A DNA stretch of 64,000 nt from Candidatus Latescibacterota bacterium (GTDB taxonomy: Bacteria; Latescibacterota; UBA2968; UBA8231), in contig CBDETY010000003.1 in the NCBI GenBank assembly GCA_965243025.1, positions 160,001-224,000 of the forward strand, written 5' to 3'. The position numbers were made by a program, and so were the translations under genes. Shown here one piece after another: positions 7,935-18,025 of this stretch. The notes below the pieces were generated by a model. The model did not search any database. It was not told the origin of the DNA and was given only the letters and a program-made list of their open reading frames with translations. Position 1 is the first letter of the stretch. Each line of letters opens with the position of its first letter.

Positions 7935-9326
7935 TCAGGTCAGCTTGTACTGCTTGAGCTTGTACTGCAGGGAGCGCACGCTGATTCCCAGCATCGCGGC
8001 GGCCTCGCGGCGGTTCGAGGTCACCCGCTGCAGCGTCTGCCGGATCAACTCCGCTTCCACGTCCTCGATGGAGGAGCCGAGGGAGATGGTGAACTCCCCG
8101 ATTCCCGCACCCGGCTGGTCGATCGCCGCCTCCCCCAGGGCCTCGCGCAGGTGCCGGGGCTCGATGGTGTTCTCGGGGCAGGTGATCACCAGGCGCTGAA
8201 TGATGTTGCGCAGCTCGCGCACGTTACCCGGCCAGTGGTAGGAGACGAAGAGGTCGACGGCCTCCCTGCCGATCTTCTTGCGGGGCTGGTCGTAGGCCCG
8301 GCAGGCCTCGTCGAAGAAGGTCTCGACGAGCAGCGGGATGTCCTCGCGCCGCTCTCTCAGGGGGGGGACGTCGATGGGCACGACGTTGAGGCGGTAGAAG
8401 AGATCCTCGCGGAACTCCCCCTCGCTGACCGCGGTTTCGAGGTGGCGGTTGGTGGCGGCGATGACGCGCACGTCCGCCTTGTGGACCCTGGTGTCGCCGA
8501 GCGGCTGGAACTCGCGGTTCTCGAGGGCGCGCAGCAGCTCGACCTGGTTCTTCAGCGGGATCTCGCCCACTTCGTCGAGGAACAGGGTGCCCTTCTCGGC
8601 CAGGGCGAAGCGGCCGGCCCGGTCGACGTGGGCCCCGGTGAAGGCGCCGCGCTTGTGGCCGAACAGCTCGCTGCCGAACAGGTCCTGGGTGAAGCCGCCG
8701 CAGTTGACGGGAACGAAAGGCCCCTCCTTCCGGCGGCTGCGCTCGTGGATGGTGCGCGCGATCAGCTCCTTGCCGGCCCCGGTCTCCCCCCTGATCAGCA
8801 CCGGAACGTCGGACAGGGCCACCTGCTTGACGGTGCGCGTCGCCTGCTGCATGGAAGCGCTGCGGCGCACGATGCGCCGGAACGGGTCGTCGCTGTCGCC
8901 GCGGCCGAGGCGGTCGTGCAGCTCCCGGTTCTCGCGCACGAGCCGGACCCGGTCGAGGGCGCGGTTGACGATGAGGCGGACGTGGGTCAGGTCGACGGGC
9001 TTGGTGACGAAATCGAAGGCCCCCTTCTTCATCGCCTCGACCGCGGTATCGACGCTGCCGTGCGCGGTGAGGATGACGACGTTCGATTCGGGGTGGCGCT
9101 CGCGGATTTCCTCGAGCAGGTCCATTCCCGAGACACCCGGCATGCGCAGGTCGAGGAGGATGACGTCGAAGGCTCCCTTGCGCAGCCGGCGGCGCACCTC
9201 CCGGGCGTCGGAGGCGGTCTGGAGGTCGAGACCCGGCTCCTGCAGGGCGTCCTGCAGCCCTTCGCGGATGAAGACCTCGTCATCGGCGATGAGGAGGCGC
9301 GCCCGCGAGCTGCCGTGGTCTTTCAT
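7935..9326 (-). CDS. Sigma-54-dependent response regulator (NtrC/AtoC family: REC-AAA+-Fis HTH)
   Basis: Receiver domain (IADDE, LLDLRMPG), GETGAGKE, GAFTGA, FLDEVGE, WPGNVREL, C-terminal HTH. Confidence 0.95.
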   Translation of the reverse strand: MKDHGSSRARLLIADDEVFIREGLQDALQEPGLDLQTASDAREVRRRLRKGAFDVILLDLRMPGVSGMDLLEEIRERHPESNVVILTAHGSVDTAVEAMKKGAFDFVTKPVDLTHVRLIVNRALDRVRLVRENRELHDRLGRGDSDDPFRRIVRRSASMQQATRTVKQVALSDVPVLIRGETGAGKELIARTIHERSRRKEGPFVPVNCGGFTQDLFGSELFGHKRGAFTGAHVDRAGRFALAEKGTLFLDEVGEIPLKNQVELLRALENREFQPLGDTRVHKADVRVIAATNRHLETAVSEGEFREDLFYRLNVVPIDVPPLRERREDIPLLVETFFDEACRAYDQPRKKIGREAVDLFVSYHWPGNVRELRNIIQRLVITCPENTIEPRHLREALGEAAIDQPGAGIGEFTISLGSSIEDVEAELIRQTLQRVTSNRREAAAMLGISVRSLQYKLKQYKLT

Positions 9327-10105
9327 GTTTGCCGGTTTTCCGAAGGAACGGCGAGGGGAAGGCGAACGGACACCGTGGTTCCCGCTCCCTCCTCGCTCTC
9401 CACTTCAAGGCTGCCCTGGTGCTGGTCGATGATCCGTTGGGCGATGGAGAGCCCCAGTCCGGTGCCCGTGTCCTTCGTAGTATAGTAGTACTCGAAGATC
9501 CTCTCCAGGTCGCCGGGAGGGATGCCGCAACCCCGGTCGCCGATGGTCACCAGGGCGCTGCGGTCGTCCGCGGCCCCCAGGCGGATCTCGACGAGCGCGC
9601 CGCTGCCGCGGGGCTCACCGCCGGCCTCGCCGCAGGCCTGCATGGCGTTGATCAGGAGGTTGAGGAACGCCTGGCTCAGCAGGTTCTCGTCGGCGTCGAT
9701 GACCGCGGCCGGCTCCCCGTCCCCGCCGTGAAACTCCAGGGCGATTCCGCGCTCCCGCGCTTCCGGCTCGATCAGTTCGCGGAGGCGGGCAAGCAGCTCG
9801 GAGAGCGATACCCGCGCCAGGTGCAGCGCCGGCGGCCGCGAGAAGCGCAGGAAGTTCTGCACGATCCGGTCGAGCCGGCGCAGCTCGGCGCGCGCCGTGT
9901 CGAGCCGTTCGCCGGCGCGCTCGCCGGAGCCGGCCCGCAGCTCCTCCTGCAGCAGCTGCAGCTGGATGTCGATCGCTCCGAGGGGATTGCGGACCTCGTG
10001 CGCGACCGAGGCGGCGAGGCGGCCGAGGGCCGCCATCCTGTCGCCGAGCAGGATCTCCCGCTCGCTGCGCCGCTCTCCTTCTTCCCGCCCGCCGGTTTCG
10101 CTCAT
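9323..10105 (-). CDS. Histidine kinase core (HisKA + HATPase) with no sensor domain
   Basis: AHEVRNPL H-box, NLLINA N-box, DRGCGI, GTGLGL; overlaps the regulator start by 4 nt. Confidence 0.88.
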   Translation of the reverse strand: MSETGGREEGERRSEREILLGDRMAALGRLAASVAHEVRNPLGAIDIQLQLLQEELRAGSGERAGERLDTARAELRRLDRIVQNFLRFSRPPALHLARVSLSELLARLRELIEPEARERGIALEFHGGDGEPAAVIDADENLLSQAFLNLLINAMQACGEAGGEPRGSGALVEIRLGAADDRSALVTIGDRGCGIPPGDLERIFEYYYTTKDTGTGLGLSIAQRIIDQHQGSLEVESEEGAGTTVSVRLPLAVPSENRQT

Positions 10106-10133
10106 TGACAGGTTTTCCGCCGCGGGATAGGGT
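10105..10133 (+). promoter_or_regulatory. Putative sigma-70 promoter of menG
   Basis: TTGACA-17 nt-TAGGGT. Confidence 0.45.
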
Positions 10134-10157
10134 TGCCGCGCGGCTCGGTTCAACAGG

Positions 10158-10895
10158 TTGAAAGGGGTGGTCTTGGCTGACGATACGGAATCGGTACGGG
10201 CTCGCAAGCAGCGCATTCAGCAGATGTTCAACGCCATCGCCGGGCGCTACGACCTGCTCAACCACCTGCTGAGCGGCGGCGTCGACTTCTACTGGCGCCG
10301 CCGGGCCCTGGCTTCGGTGCGCCGCCGCGGCCCCGGCCGCGTCCTCGACCTCGCCACCGGCACCGGGGATTTCGCGCGCGCCGCCGGCCGCCTCGCCCCC
10401 GGCCGCGTCGTCGGGGTGGACGTCGCCATCGACATGGTCCGCATCGCCCGTGCCAAGCTCGGGGACGCCCCCGGGGGCAGAGGCCCGGACCTGTTGGCGG
10501 GGGACGCGGAGATGCTGCCCTTCCGGGACCGCAGCTTCGACCTCGTCACCGTCGCCTTCGGGGCGCGCAACTTCGGCAGCGTCGGCGCCGGCCTCGCCGA
10601 GGCGGAGCGCGTCCTCAGATCCGGAGGGGAGGTGATCGTCCTCGAGTTCACCGAACCGACCCTGCCGGGGTTCCGCCAGCTCTACGGCTTCTACTTCCAC
10701 CGCGTCCTGCCGCTCGTCGGGGGGCTGATCTCCGGAAACAGGGAGGCCTACTCCTACCTGCCGCGCTCGGTAGGCCGCTTCCCGCAGGGGAAGGAGTTCC
10801 TCGAGTTGATGGAAGCGGCCGGGTTCACCGGCACCAGGGCGACCCCCCTGACATTCGGTATCTGCGCCGTCTACGAGGGCCGCAAGTCCGATTGA
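10158..10895 (+). CDS. menG: Demethylmenaquinone methyltransferase (UbiE/MenG); exact start uncertain
   Basis: MFNAIAGRYDLLNHLLSGG, VLDLATGTGD, AFGARN, AYSYLP; adjacent to the mqn genes. Confidence 0.9.
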   Translation: MKGVVLADDTESVRARKQRIQQMFNAIAGRYDLLNHLLSGGVDFYWRRRALASVRRRGPGRVLDLATGTGDFARAAGRLAPGRVVGVDVAIDMVRIARAKLGDAPGGRGPDLLAGDAEMLPFRDRSFDLVTVAFGARNFGSVGAGLAEAERVLRSGGEVIVLEFTEPTLPGFRQLYGFYFHRVLPLVGGLISGNREAYSYLPRSVGRFPQGKEFLELMEAAGFTGTRATPLTFGICAVYEGRKSD

Positions 10896-10920
10896 CCCAT
10901 CCCCTCCCCGGGGATATACT
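10892..10920 (+). promoter_or_regulatory. Sigma-70 promoter of the mqn operon
   Basis: TTGACC-17 nt-TATACT. Confidence 0.7.
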
Positions 10921-11031
10921 CAAGCGGCCGGTTGCGGACCCCTCCACCGGTCCCGCACCGGCTGCCGATCCCCCACTTTCGAACCGCGGCGGAAGCGCTC
11001 GCCGCCCTCACTCCCGACCGACAGAACCGAT

Positions 11032-12156
11032 TTGAGCTTCGAGGCAGCAGTCGCCGCCGCCGGACTGGCGGAAATTCACCGCAAGGTCGTCGAGGGTGAG
11101 CGCCTGACCATCGACGACGGCGTCGGGCTGTACGCCTGCGACGACCTTCCCGTCCTCGCCTGGCTCGCCAACACGGTGCGCGAGCGCCTGCACGGCGAGG
11201 CGACCTACTACGTGCGCAACCAGCACGTCAACTACACCAACATCTGCAACAAGCTGTGCAAGTTCTGCTCCTTCTACGTGACCCCGAAGGACGAGCGCGG
11301 CTACGTCCTGCGGCCGGAGCAGGCCGCCGAACGGGTGCGGGAGTACGCCGACGCCCCGATCACCGAGATCCACATGGTCGGCGGGGTCAACCCCAAGCTG
11401 CCGTACGAGTACTACCTCGACCTGCTGCGGGCGATGAAGGAGGCGAGGCCGGAGGCCCACCTCAAGGCGTTCACGATGATCGAGCTGGCGCAGATCCAGC
11501 GCATCGCAAAGCGCCCTCTCGAAGAAGTGCTCGCCGACCTCAGGGAGGCCGGGCTCGAATCGATACCGGGAGGGGGCGCCGAGGTCTTCAGCGACCGCGT
11601 CCACGAGGACCTCTTCTGGACCAAGTCCGACAGCGAGGACTGGCTGCGCATCGCCGCCGCCGCCCACCGGGCCGGGTTGCCGACCAACGCCACCATGCTC
11701 TACGGCCACGTCGAGAACCCCGGGGAGAAGGCCTACCACATGGCGCGTCTCCGCGACCTCCAGGAGGAGACCGGGGGGTTCCTCGCCTACATACCGCTCT
11801 CCTTCCATCCCGAGCGCACCGCCATCGACCACCTCCCGGGACCTTCGGGGGCCCTCGATCTCAAGGAGATCGCCGTCGGCCGCCTGATGCTCGACAACTT
11901 CCCGCACATCAAGACCTTCTGGATCATGAACACCATCGAGATCTCGCAGGTCGCCCTGTGGTACGGGGCCAACGACATCGACGGCACGGTGATGGACTAC
12001 GAGATCACGCGGCGCAGCTTCGAGGAGACGCAGCAGCGCCTGTCGCGGCAGGAGCTGCTCGACCGCATCGCCGAGGCCGGCCGCGAGCCGGTCGAAAGGG
12101 ACAGCCTCTACAACGTCGTCGAACCGGCGGCGGAGACGGTCGAGGCGGCCGGGTAA
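11032..12156 (+). CDS. mqnE: Aminofutalosine synthase (radical SAM)
   Basis: NYTNICNKLCKFC, EIHMVGG, PGGGAEVF, NATMLYGHVE, HIKTFWIM. Confidence 0.88.
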   Translation: MSFEAAVAAAGLAEIHRKVVEGERLTIDDGVGLYACDDLPVLAWLANTVRERLHGEATYYVRNQHVNYTNICNKLCKFCSFYVTPKDERGYVLRPEQAAERVREYADAPITEIHMVGGVNPKLPYEYYLDLLRAMKEARPEAHLKAFTMIELAQIQRIAKRPLEEVLADLREAGLESIPGGGAEVFSDRVHEDLFWTKSDSEDWLRIAAAAHRAGLPTNATMLYGHVENPGEKAYHMARLRDLQEETGGFLAYIPLSFHPERTAIDHLPGPSGALDLKEIAVGRLMLDNFPHIKTFWIMNTIEISQVALWYGANDIDGTVMDYEITRRSFEETQQRLSRQELLDRIAEAGREPVERDSLYNVVEPAAETVEAAG

Positions 12157-12161
12157 CCCGC

Positions 12162-13325
12162 GTGTCCGCGATAGCCGACATCTCGGAAAGGGTCTTTTCG
12201 GGGGAGCGCCTCGGCAGCAAAGACGCCCTGCGCCTGTTCGCCCACCCCGACCTCGCCGAGCTAGGCATCCTGGCGAACCGGGTCAGGATGGAGAAGCACC
12301 CCGAGCCGGTGGTCACCTACAACGTCGGCCGCAACATCAACTACACCAACGTCTGCTGGGTCCGGTGCGACTTCTGCGCCTTCTACCGGCCCCCGGGGTC
12401 CGACGAGGGGTACGTGCTCCCGAACGAGCAGATCTTCGCCAAGATCGACGAGCTCGTCGCCTTCGGCGGGGCCGAGCCGAAGTCCTGCGAGATCCTGATG
12501 CAGGGGGGGCTCAACCCCAGGCTGAAGCTCGGCTACTACGAGGAGCTGCTCTCCGAGATCCGCGACCGCTACCCGATGGTGCAGCTCCACTGCCTGTCGG
12601 CGACGGAGATCATCTACATCGCCCACATTTCGCGGCTCTCCCTCGGGGAGACCATAACGCGGCTGCGCGCCGCCGGGCTCGACTCGATTCCCGGCGCCGG
12701 CGCCGAGATCCTCGACGACGGCGTGCGCGACGTCATCGGCTTCCGCAAGGACCGCAGCGACGAGTGGCTCGAGGTGCACCGGATCGCCCACGGCCTCGGC
12801 ATGCGCACCACGGCGACGATGATGTACGGCCACGTCGAGACCGTCGAGCACCGCGTCGAGCACCTGGAGAAGATCCGCGACCTGCAGGACGAGACCGGGG
12901 GGTTCACCGCCTTCATCGCCTGGAGCTTCCAGCCGGACGAGACCGCGCTCGGGGCCGACCCCGGGCGCTGGGACGGGGTCAGGGCGACCGGGTTCGACCA
13001 CCTGCGGACGGTGGCGGTGGCGCGCCTGTTCCTCGACAACGTCGACAGCCTCCAGGCCTCGTGGGTGACCCAGGGGCCCAAGATCGCCCAGGTCAGCCTG
13101 CGCTACGGCGTCAACGACTTCGGCAGCACCATGCTCGAGGAGAACGTCGTCAGCGCCGCGGGCACGAGTCACACCAACGAGATGGACCTGCCGGCCATGG
13201 AGCGGCTGATCCGCGACGCCGGGTACCGGCCGCAGCGGCGCAACACCCGCTACGAGTGCGTCGCCACCCCCGCGGTGCCGCAGGCCGCGGCTGCCGCCGC
13301 GGAGCCGGTCCCCGCGGCTCCATGA
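12162..13325 (+). CDS. mqnC: Cyclic dehypoxanthine futalosine synthase (radical SAM)
   Basis: RNINYTNVCWVRCDFC, ILMQGG, QASWVTQG, DFGSTMLEENVV; GTG start 5 nt after the mqnE stop. Confidence 0.9.
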   Translation: MSAIADISERVFSGERLGSKDALRLFAHPDLAELGILANRVRMEKHPEPVVTYNVGRNINYTNVCWVRCDFCAFYRPPGSDEGYVLPNEQIFAKIDELVAFGGAEPKSCEILMQGGLNPRLKLGYYEELLSEIRDRYPMVQLHCLSATEIIYIAHISRLSLGETITRLRAAGLDSIPGAGAEILDDGVRDVIGFRKDRSDEWLEVHRIAHGLGMRTTATMMYGHVETVEHRVEHLEKIRDLQDETGGFTAFIAWSFQPDETALGADPGRWDGVRATGFDHLRTVAVARLFLDNVDSLQASWVTQGPKIAQVSLRYGVNDFGSTMLEENVVSAAGTSHTNEMDLPAMERLIRDAGYRPQRRNTRYECVATPAVPQAAAAAAEPVPAAP

Positions 13326-13442
13326 GCCGCCGCTCGCCCCGGGCGCCGGGACCCCGCCCGGGTCTGTTTACGGGCCGGTGGGAAGCCGCGCCGCAAGAGA
13401 AAAAGCGGCCGTGCTCCCAGCTCCCGGCGCTCCCTGACTGAC

Positions 13443-14339
13443 ATGCCCCCGCCCCTGCAGAGCCAGCCCCCCCACAGGCCGCGGGTGCGCCTCGGGGCGG
13501 TGAGCTTCCTCAACTCGAGGCCGCTGACCGCCGCCCTCGAGGACTGCCTCGACGAAGGCCCCTTCTCTCTCGTGTACGACCTGCCGTCGGCCTGCTCCCG
13601 CGGCCTGCGCGCCGGCCGCATCGACCTCGGGTTCGTGCCCACCATCGAATACGCTCTCAGCCCGGTGCCGTACGCGCTCGTCCCCGGCGTCGCCGTCGGC
13701 TGCCGGGGGGAGGTGCTGACGGTGCGCCTGTTCTTCCGCGGCGACCTCGCAGCGGTCCGCACCGTCGCCGTCGACACCAGCTCGCAGACCTCCGTCGTCC
13801 TGCTGCGCATCCTGCTGGCGGAGAAGTACGGCCTGCATCCGGCGTTCGAGCAGGCTGCCCCCGACCTCGACGAAATGCTGCACGGCGCCGACGCCGCCCT
13901 GCTGATCGGCGATCCGGTGCTGCCGCTGCTCGACGGCGGCAACGGCCCGAAACGGACGCGCCGCAGCCTCGACCTCGGCCGCGAGTGGGCCGACCTCACC
14001 GGGCTTCCGTTCGTGTTCGCCTGCTGGGCCGGCAGGGAAGGGGCCCTCGACCCGCGGCAGGCGCGCTGTCTCGTCGAGGCGCAGCGCCGGGGACAGGCGG
14101 AAATCCCGCGGATCGCGCGCCGCTTCCAGCGCGAGCGCGGCGGCCGGGTCGAGCTCTACGAGCGCTACCTGCGCCAGCATGTCTCCTACGATTTCGGGGA
14201 GGCCGAGCTTGCCGGAATGCGCGAGTTCTTCCGGCTGGCCCACCTGCACGGGGAGATCGACCGGGTGCCGGAGCTGCGCTTCTTTCAGGTAGCGGGGCGC
14301 GGAAAGACGGCCCCGGCCGCCGCTACCCGGGACCAGTGA
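13443..14339 (+). CDS. mqnA: Chorismate dehydratase (futalosine pathway)
   Basis: GAVSFLNSRPL, SSQTSV, LLIGD, DLGREW...TGLPFVFA. Confidence 0.88.
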   Translation: MPPPLQSQPPHRPRVRLGAVSFLNSRPLTAALEDCLDEGPFSLVYDLPSACSRGLRAGRIDLGFVPTIEYALSPVPYALVPGVAVGCRGEVLTVRLFFRGDLAAVRTVAVDTSSQTSVVLLRILLAEKYGLHPAFEQAAPDLDEMLHGADAALLIGDPVLPLLDGGNGPKRTRRSLDLGREWADLTGLPFVFACWAGREGALDPRQARCLVEAQRRGQAEIPRIARRFQRERGGRVELYERYLRQHVSYDFGEAELAGMREFFRLAHLHGEIDRVPELRFFQVAGRGKTAPAAATRDQ

Positions 14340-14345
14340 CAGCCG

Positions 14346-15236
14346 ATGTCCCTGTTCGCCCAGGTGCGGCTGTACGGCCGCATGATCAGGTTCTCGCACA
14401 GCATCTTCGCGTTGCCGTTCGCCCTGAGCGGGGCCGCCCTGGCCGCGGCGACCTCCGGCTTCTCCTGGAGCCAGGCCGGCTGGATCGTCGTCGCCATGGT
14501 CGCGGCCCGCAGCGCCGCCATGGGGTTCAACCGCGTCGCCGACCGCGACATCGACGCCGCCAATCCCCGCACCCGCAACCGCGAGCTGCCGAGCGGGGCG
14601 ATGTCCGTCGCTTCCGCCGCCCTCTTCGTCGCCGTCTCCTCGGCGCTCCTGGCCGCGGCGGCGTACAACCTCAACCCGCTCTGCTTCGCGCTCTCGCCGG
14701 TGGCCCTGGCCGTCGTCTTCTTCTACTCCTGGACCAAGCGCTTCACCTGGCTCTCCCACCTCGTGCTCGGCATCTGTCTCGCCCTCGCCCCGGTGGGGGC
14801 CTGGATCGCCGTGACCGGGGGCATCGCGCTGCCCCCCCTGGTTCTCGGCCTCGCCGTGCTCTTCTGGGTGGCGGGGTTCGACATCCTCTACGCCTGCCAG
14901 GACCGGGACTTCGACCGCGACAGCGGCCTGCACTCGATCCCGGTGCGCTTCGGCCTGGCCGGGGCTCTCAACATCGCCCGGGGACTTCACGGCCTCGCCG
15001 TTCTCTCAATGCTCGCCCTCGGCGCCCTGATGCCGCTCGGATTGCTCTACGTCGCCGGGGTGGCGGTGATAGCCGGGCTGCTGTTCCACGAGCACCGGCT
15101 GGTGCGGCCCGGCGACCTGACCAAGGTCAACACCGCCTTCATGACCATGAACAGCATCGTCAGCGTCGTCTTCTTCCTCTTCACCCTGGCCGATCTCCTG
15201 CTTTTGGGGGAGTGGCCGGGACTGAAAACGGTGTGA
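14346..15236 (+). CDS. UbiA-family prenyltransferase (MqnP-like)
   Basis: [38 protein letters not shown]; multiple TM segments. Confidence 0.88.
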   Translation: MSLFAQVRLYGRMIRFSHSIFALPFALSGAALAAATSGFSWSQAGWIVVAMVAARSAAMGFNRVADRDIDAANPRTRNRELPSGAMSVASAALFVAVSSALLAAAAYNLNPLCFALSPVALAVVFFYSWTKRFTWLSHLVLGICLALAPVGAWIAVTGGIALPPLVLGLAVLFWVAGFDILYACQDRDFDRDSGLHSIPVRFGLAGALNIARGLHGLAVLSMLALGALMPLGLLYVAGVAVIAGLLFHEHRLVRPGDLTKVNTAFMTMNSIVSVVFFLFTLADLLLLGEWPGLKTV

Positions 15237-15243
15237 TCAATCC

Positions 15244-17283
15244 ATGACGCGAAACGGCAACGGACAACCCCCTGGTTTTGAGCAGATCGTCTTCGAGCAG
15301 ATCGTCGAGGTCCCCTCCCGGGAGGACGTATTCGAGGTGCGTACCCGGGCCCCGGGTCCGGAGGGCCGGCTGCCCCTGCAGATCGAGCAGGTGACCGGCT
15401 CCCCGAGCGGCGACATCTTCGCCTACAGCCAGAACGCCGGCATGGGCTGGAACCCCTCGGAGCTGGGGCGCAGCGAGTTCCTCATCATCAGCACCATGGG
15501 GGGGATCCGGGCCCCTGACGGTTCCCCGGTCGCCCTCGGGTACCACACCGGCCACTGGGAGGTGGGGCTGCTGATGGAGGCGGCCGCCGGCGAGATCCGG
15601 CGGCTGGGGGGGATCCCGTTCGCCGCCTACTGCTCCGACCCCTGCGACGGCCGCACCCAGGGGACGGCGGGAATGTTCGACAGCCTGCCGTACCGCAACG
15701 ACGCCGCCATGGTGATGAGGCGCCTGATCCGCTCGCTGCCGACCCGCCGCGGCGTCATTGGCGTCGGCACCTGCGACAAGGGGCTGCCGGCGGTGCTGAT
15801 CGCCCTCGCGGGCACCCGCGACCTTCCGGTGGCGGTGATTCCCGGGGGCGTCACCCTGCCCCCGGAGCAAGGGGAGGACGCCGGCAAGATCCAGTCGGTC
15901 GGGGTGCGCCTCGCCCACGGCGAGATCACCATCGACGAGGTCAACGACTACGGCTGCCGGGCCTGCGCCACGGCCGGGGGCGGCTGCCAGTTCCTCGGCA
16001 CCGCGGCGACCTCGCAGGTAGTCGCCGAGGCGCTCGGCCTGACCGTGCCGCACGCCGCCCTCGCCCCTTCCGGGGAACCGGTCTGGTACGACATGGCGAC
16101 GCGCACGGCGCGGGCGATGACGGCCATGGAGAGCGCCGGGATCGCCTCGCGGGACCTGCTGACCGACGCGGCGTTCCACAACGCCATGGTCACCCACGCC
16201 GCCTTCGGCGGCTCGACCAACCTGATCCTGCACGTGCCGGCGATCGCCTACGCGGCCGGGCGCCGGCGCCCCGCGGTCGAGGACTGGGACCGCCTCAACC
16301 GCCAGGTGCCCCGTCTCGTCGACGTGCTGCCCAATGGGCCGCAGTACCACCCGACCGTGCGCGCCTTCCTCGCCGGAGGGGTGCCGGAGGTGATGCTGCA
16401 CCTGCGCGCCCTCGGCCTGCTCGAGGAAGGGGCCCTGACCGCGACCGGAAAGCCGCTCGGGGAGAACCTCGACTGGTGGGAGGGCAGCGAGCGCCGGGCC
16501 CGCTTCAGGGAGGTGCTGCGCTCCGCCGACGGCGTCGACCCGGACGAAGTCATCATGTCGCCCGAAGCGGCCCGCGCCAAGGGCCTGACCAGCACCGTCT
16601 GCTTCCCCCGCGGCAACCTCGCGCCCCAGGGATCGGTGGTGAAGAGCACGGCCATCGACCCGGCCGTGCTCGACGGCGACGGTTTCTACCGGCACACCGG
16701 TCCGGCGAAGATCTTCACCACCGAGCGCGCCGCGGTCGCCGCCCTCAAGGCGCAGCGGATAGAGGCGGGGGACGTGATGGTGCTGCTGAGCTGCGGCCCC
16801 CTCGGCACCGGCATGGAGGAGATCGCCCAGGTCACCACGGCCCTGAAGTACCTCGATTTCGGAAACCGGGTGGCGGTGCTGACCGACGCCCGTTTCTCCG
16901 GGTTCTCGACCGGGGCCTGCGCCGGCCACATAGGGCCCGAGGCCCTCGGGGGCGGACCGCTCGGCAAGCTGCGGGACGGGGACCTGGTCGGCATCGAGAT
17001 CGACACCCGCGGCCTGCGCGGCCGCCTCGACCTCGTCGGAGAGGCCGGCCTGCAGTTCGGACCGGAGCGCGGAGAAGAGGTGCTGAAGCAGCGGCCTCCG
17101 CGCCCCGACCTGGCGGCCGAGGCGGAGCTGCCTGACGACACGCGGCTGTGGGCGGCGCTGCAGGACGTCGGCGGCGGCACCTGGGGGGGCTGCGTGTACG
17201 ACGTCGACGCCATCATCGAAACCCTGCAGGCCGGTTCCGCGAACCGGAAGGGGGCGGGGGAGCCGCCGGGGCGTGTCAGATGA
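15244..17283 (+). CDS. YjhG/YagF-family (IlvD/Edd) sugar-acid dehydratase, D-xylonate dehydratase-like
   Basis: [62 protein letters not shown]. Confidence 0.88.
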   Translation: MTRNGNGQPPGFEQIVFEQIVEVPSREDVFEVRTRAPGPEGRLPLQIEQVTGSPSGDIFAYSQNAGMGWNPSELGRSEFLIISTMGGIRAPDGSPVALGYHTGHWEVGLLMEAAAGEIRRLGGIPFAAYCSDPCDGRTQGTAGMFDSLPYRNDAAMVMRRLIRSLPTRRGVIGVGTCDKGLPAVLIALAGTRDLPVAVIPGGVTLPPEQGEDAGKIQSVGVRLAHGEITIDEVNDYGCRACATAGGGCQFLGTAATSQVVAEALGLTVPHAALAPSGEPVWYDMATRTARAMTAMESAGIASRDLLTDAAFHNAMVTHAAFGGSTNLILHVPAIAYAAGRRRPAVEDWDRLNRQVPRLVDVLPNGPQYHPTVRAFLAGGVPEVMLHLRALGLLEEGALTATGKPLGENLDWWEGSERRARFREVLRSADGVDPDEVIMSPEAARAKGLTSTVCFPRGNLAPQGSVVKSTAIDPAVLDGDGFYRHTGPAKIFTTERAAVAALKAQRIEAGDVMVLLSCGPLGTGMEEIAQVTTALKYLDFGNRVAVLTDARFSGFSTGACAGHIGPEALGGGPLGKLRDGDLVGIEIDTRGLRGRLDLVGEAGLQFGPERGEEVLKQRPPRPDLAAEAELPDDTRLWAALQDVGGGTWGGCVYDVDAIIETLQAGSANRKGAGEPPGRVR

Positions 17284-17894
17284 GTGAAACGAAGAGAATC
17301 GCCGTAGCCGTCACCGGGGCCAGCGGCGGCATCTACGCCGCCCGTTTCCTGCGCGCCCTGCTGCAGGGGGGCCACGAAGCCCACCTGGTCCTGTCCCGGT
17401 ACGGGCGCTACATCCTCTGCGAGGAGATGGGCCTGGAGCCGGACAAGGAGTCGGTGCAGGAGTTTCTAGGCAGACTGTACGGGGACGAGGTTTCAGCCGG
17501 CACCCTGGTCGAGTACGGCGCCAACGACCTCACCGCGGCGCTCGCCAGCGGCTCGGTGGCGATGGACGGGATGGTGGTGATCCCCTGCTCGGCCAAAACC
17601 TTCGCCGCCATCGCCTGCGGCTCCTCCAGCAACCTGATCGAACGGGCGGCGGACGTCGCCCTGAAGGAACGGCGGCCGCTGATCCTGGTGCCGCGCGAGA
17701 CCCCGCTGAACCTGATCCAGCTGCGCAACCTGACGGCCCTTGCCGAAGCCGGCGCCGCCGTGGTCCCCGCCATGCCCGCCTTCTACCAGAAGCCGCGGTC
17801 GTTCGACGATCTCGCCGACTTCATGGCCGGACGCGTGCTCAACCTGCTGGGAATCCGGCAGGAGCTGTTTCCCGCCTGGCGCGAGGAATCGTAG
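17280..17894 (+). CDS. ubiX: Flavin prenyltransferase
   Basis: [37 protein letters not shown]. Confidence 0.92.
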   Translation: MSETKRIAVAVTGASGGIYAARFLRALLQGGHEAHLVLSRYGRYILCEEMGLEPDKESVQEFLGRLYGDEVSAGTLVEYGANDLTAALASGSVAMDGMVVIPCSAKTFAAIACGSSSNLIERAADVALKERRPLILVPRETPLNLIQLRNLTALAEAGAAVVPAMPAFYQKPRSFDDLADFMAGRVLNLLGIRQELFPAWREES

Positions 17895-17895
17895 G

Positions 17896-18000
17896 AAAAA
17901 AAAGCGGGACCCGAAGGCTCCATCTGCGAGAGGAGTTGCAGACGGATGCGAAGGGGAGTCTCTGCCTTCGGATCCCGAACCGCAGGGAGGATGGATCTGC
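17896..18000 (-). ncRNA. Candidate sigma-54-dependent small RNA with three CU-rich anti-SD segments and an intrinsic terminator
   Basis: Exact sigma-54 promoter immediately upstream; 5' hairpin; 14-bp and 9-bp stems whose imperfect pairs are G-U only on this strand; ends in U8. Confidence 0.7.
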
Positions 18001-18009
18001 GTTCCCCGA

Positions 18010-18025
18010 GGCAAACGGCGTGCCA
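18010..18025 (-). promoter_or_regulatory. Sigma-54 (-24/-12) promoter
   Basis: Minus strand TGGCACGCCGTTTGCC = TGGCAC-N5-TTGC; predicted +1 near 18000. Confidence 0.78.

Noticed and set aside
11032-13325. The two radical SAM genes as RiPP maturases for the Cys-rich peptide
   Set aside because: Motifs and context (menG, mqnA, ubiA, ubiX) identify them as MqnE and MqnC; no SPASM/RRE features and 10 kb from the peptide.
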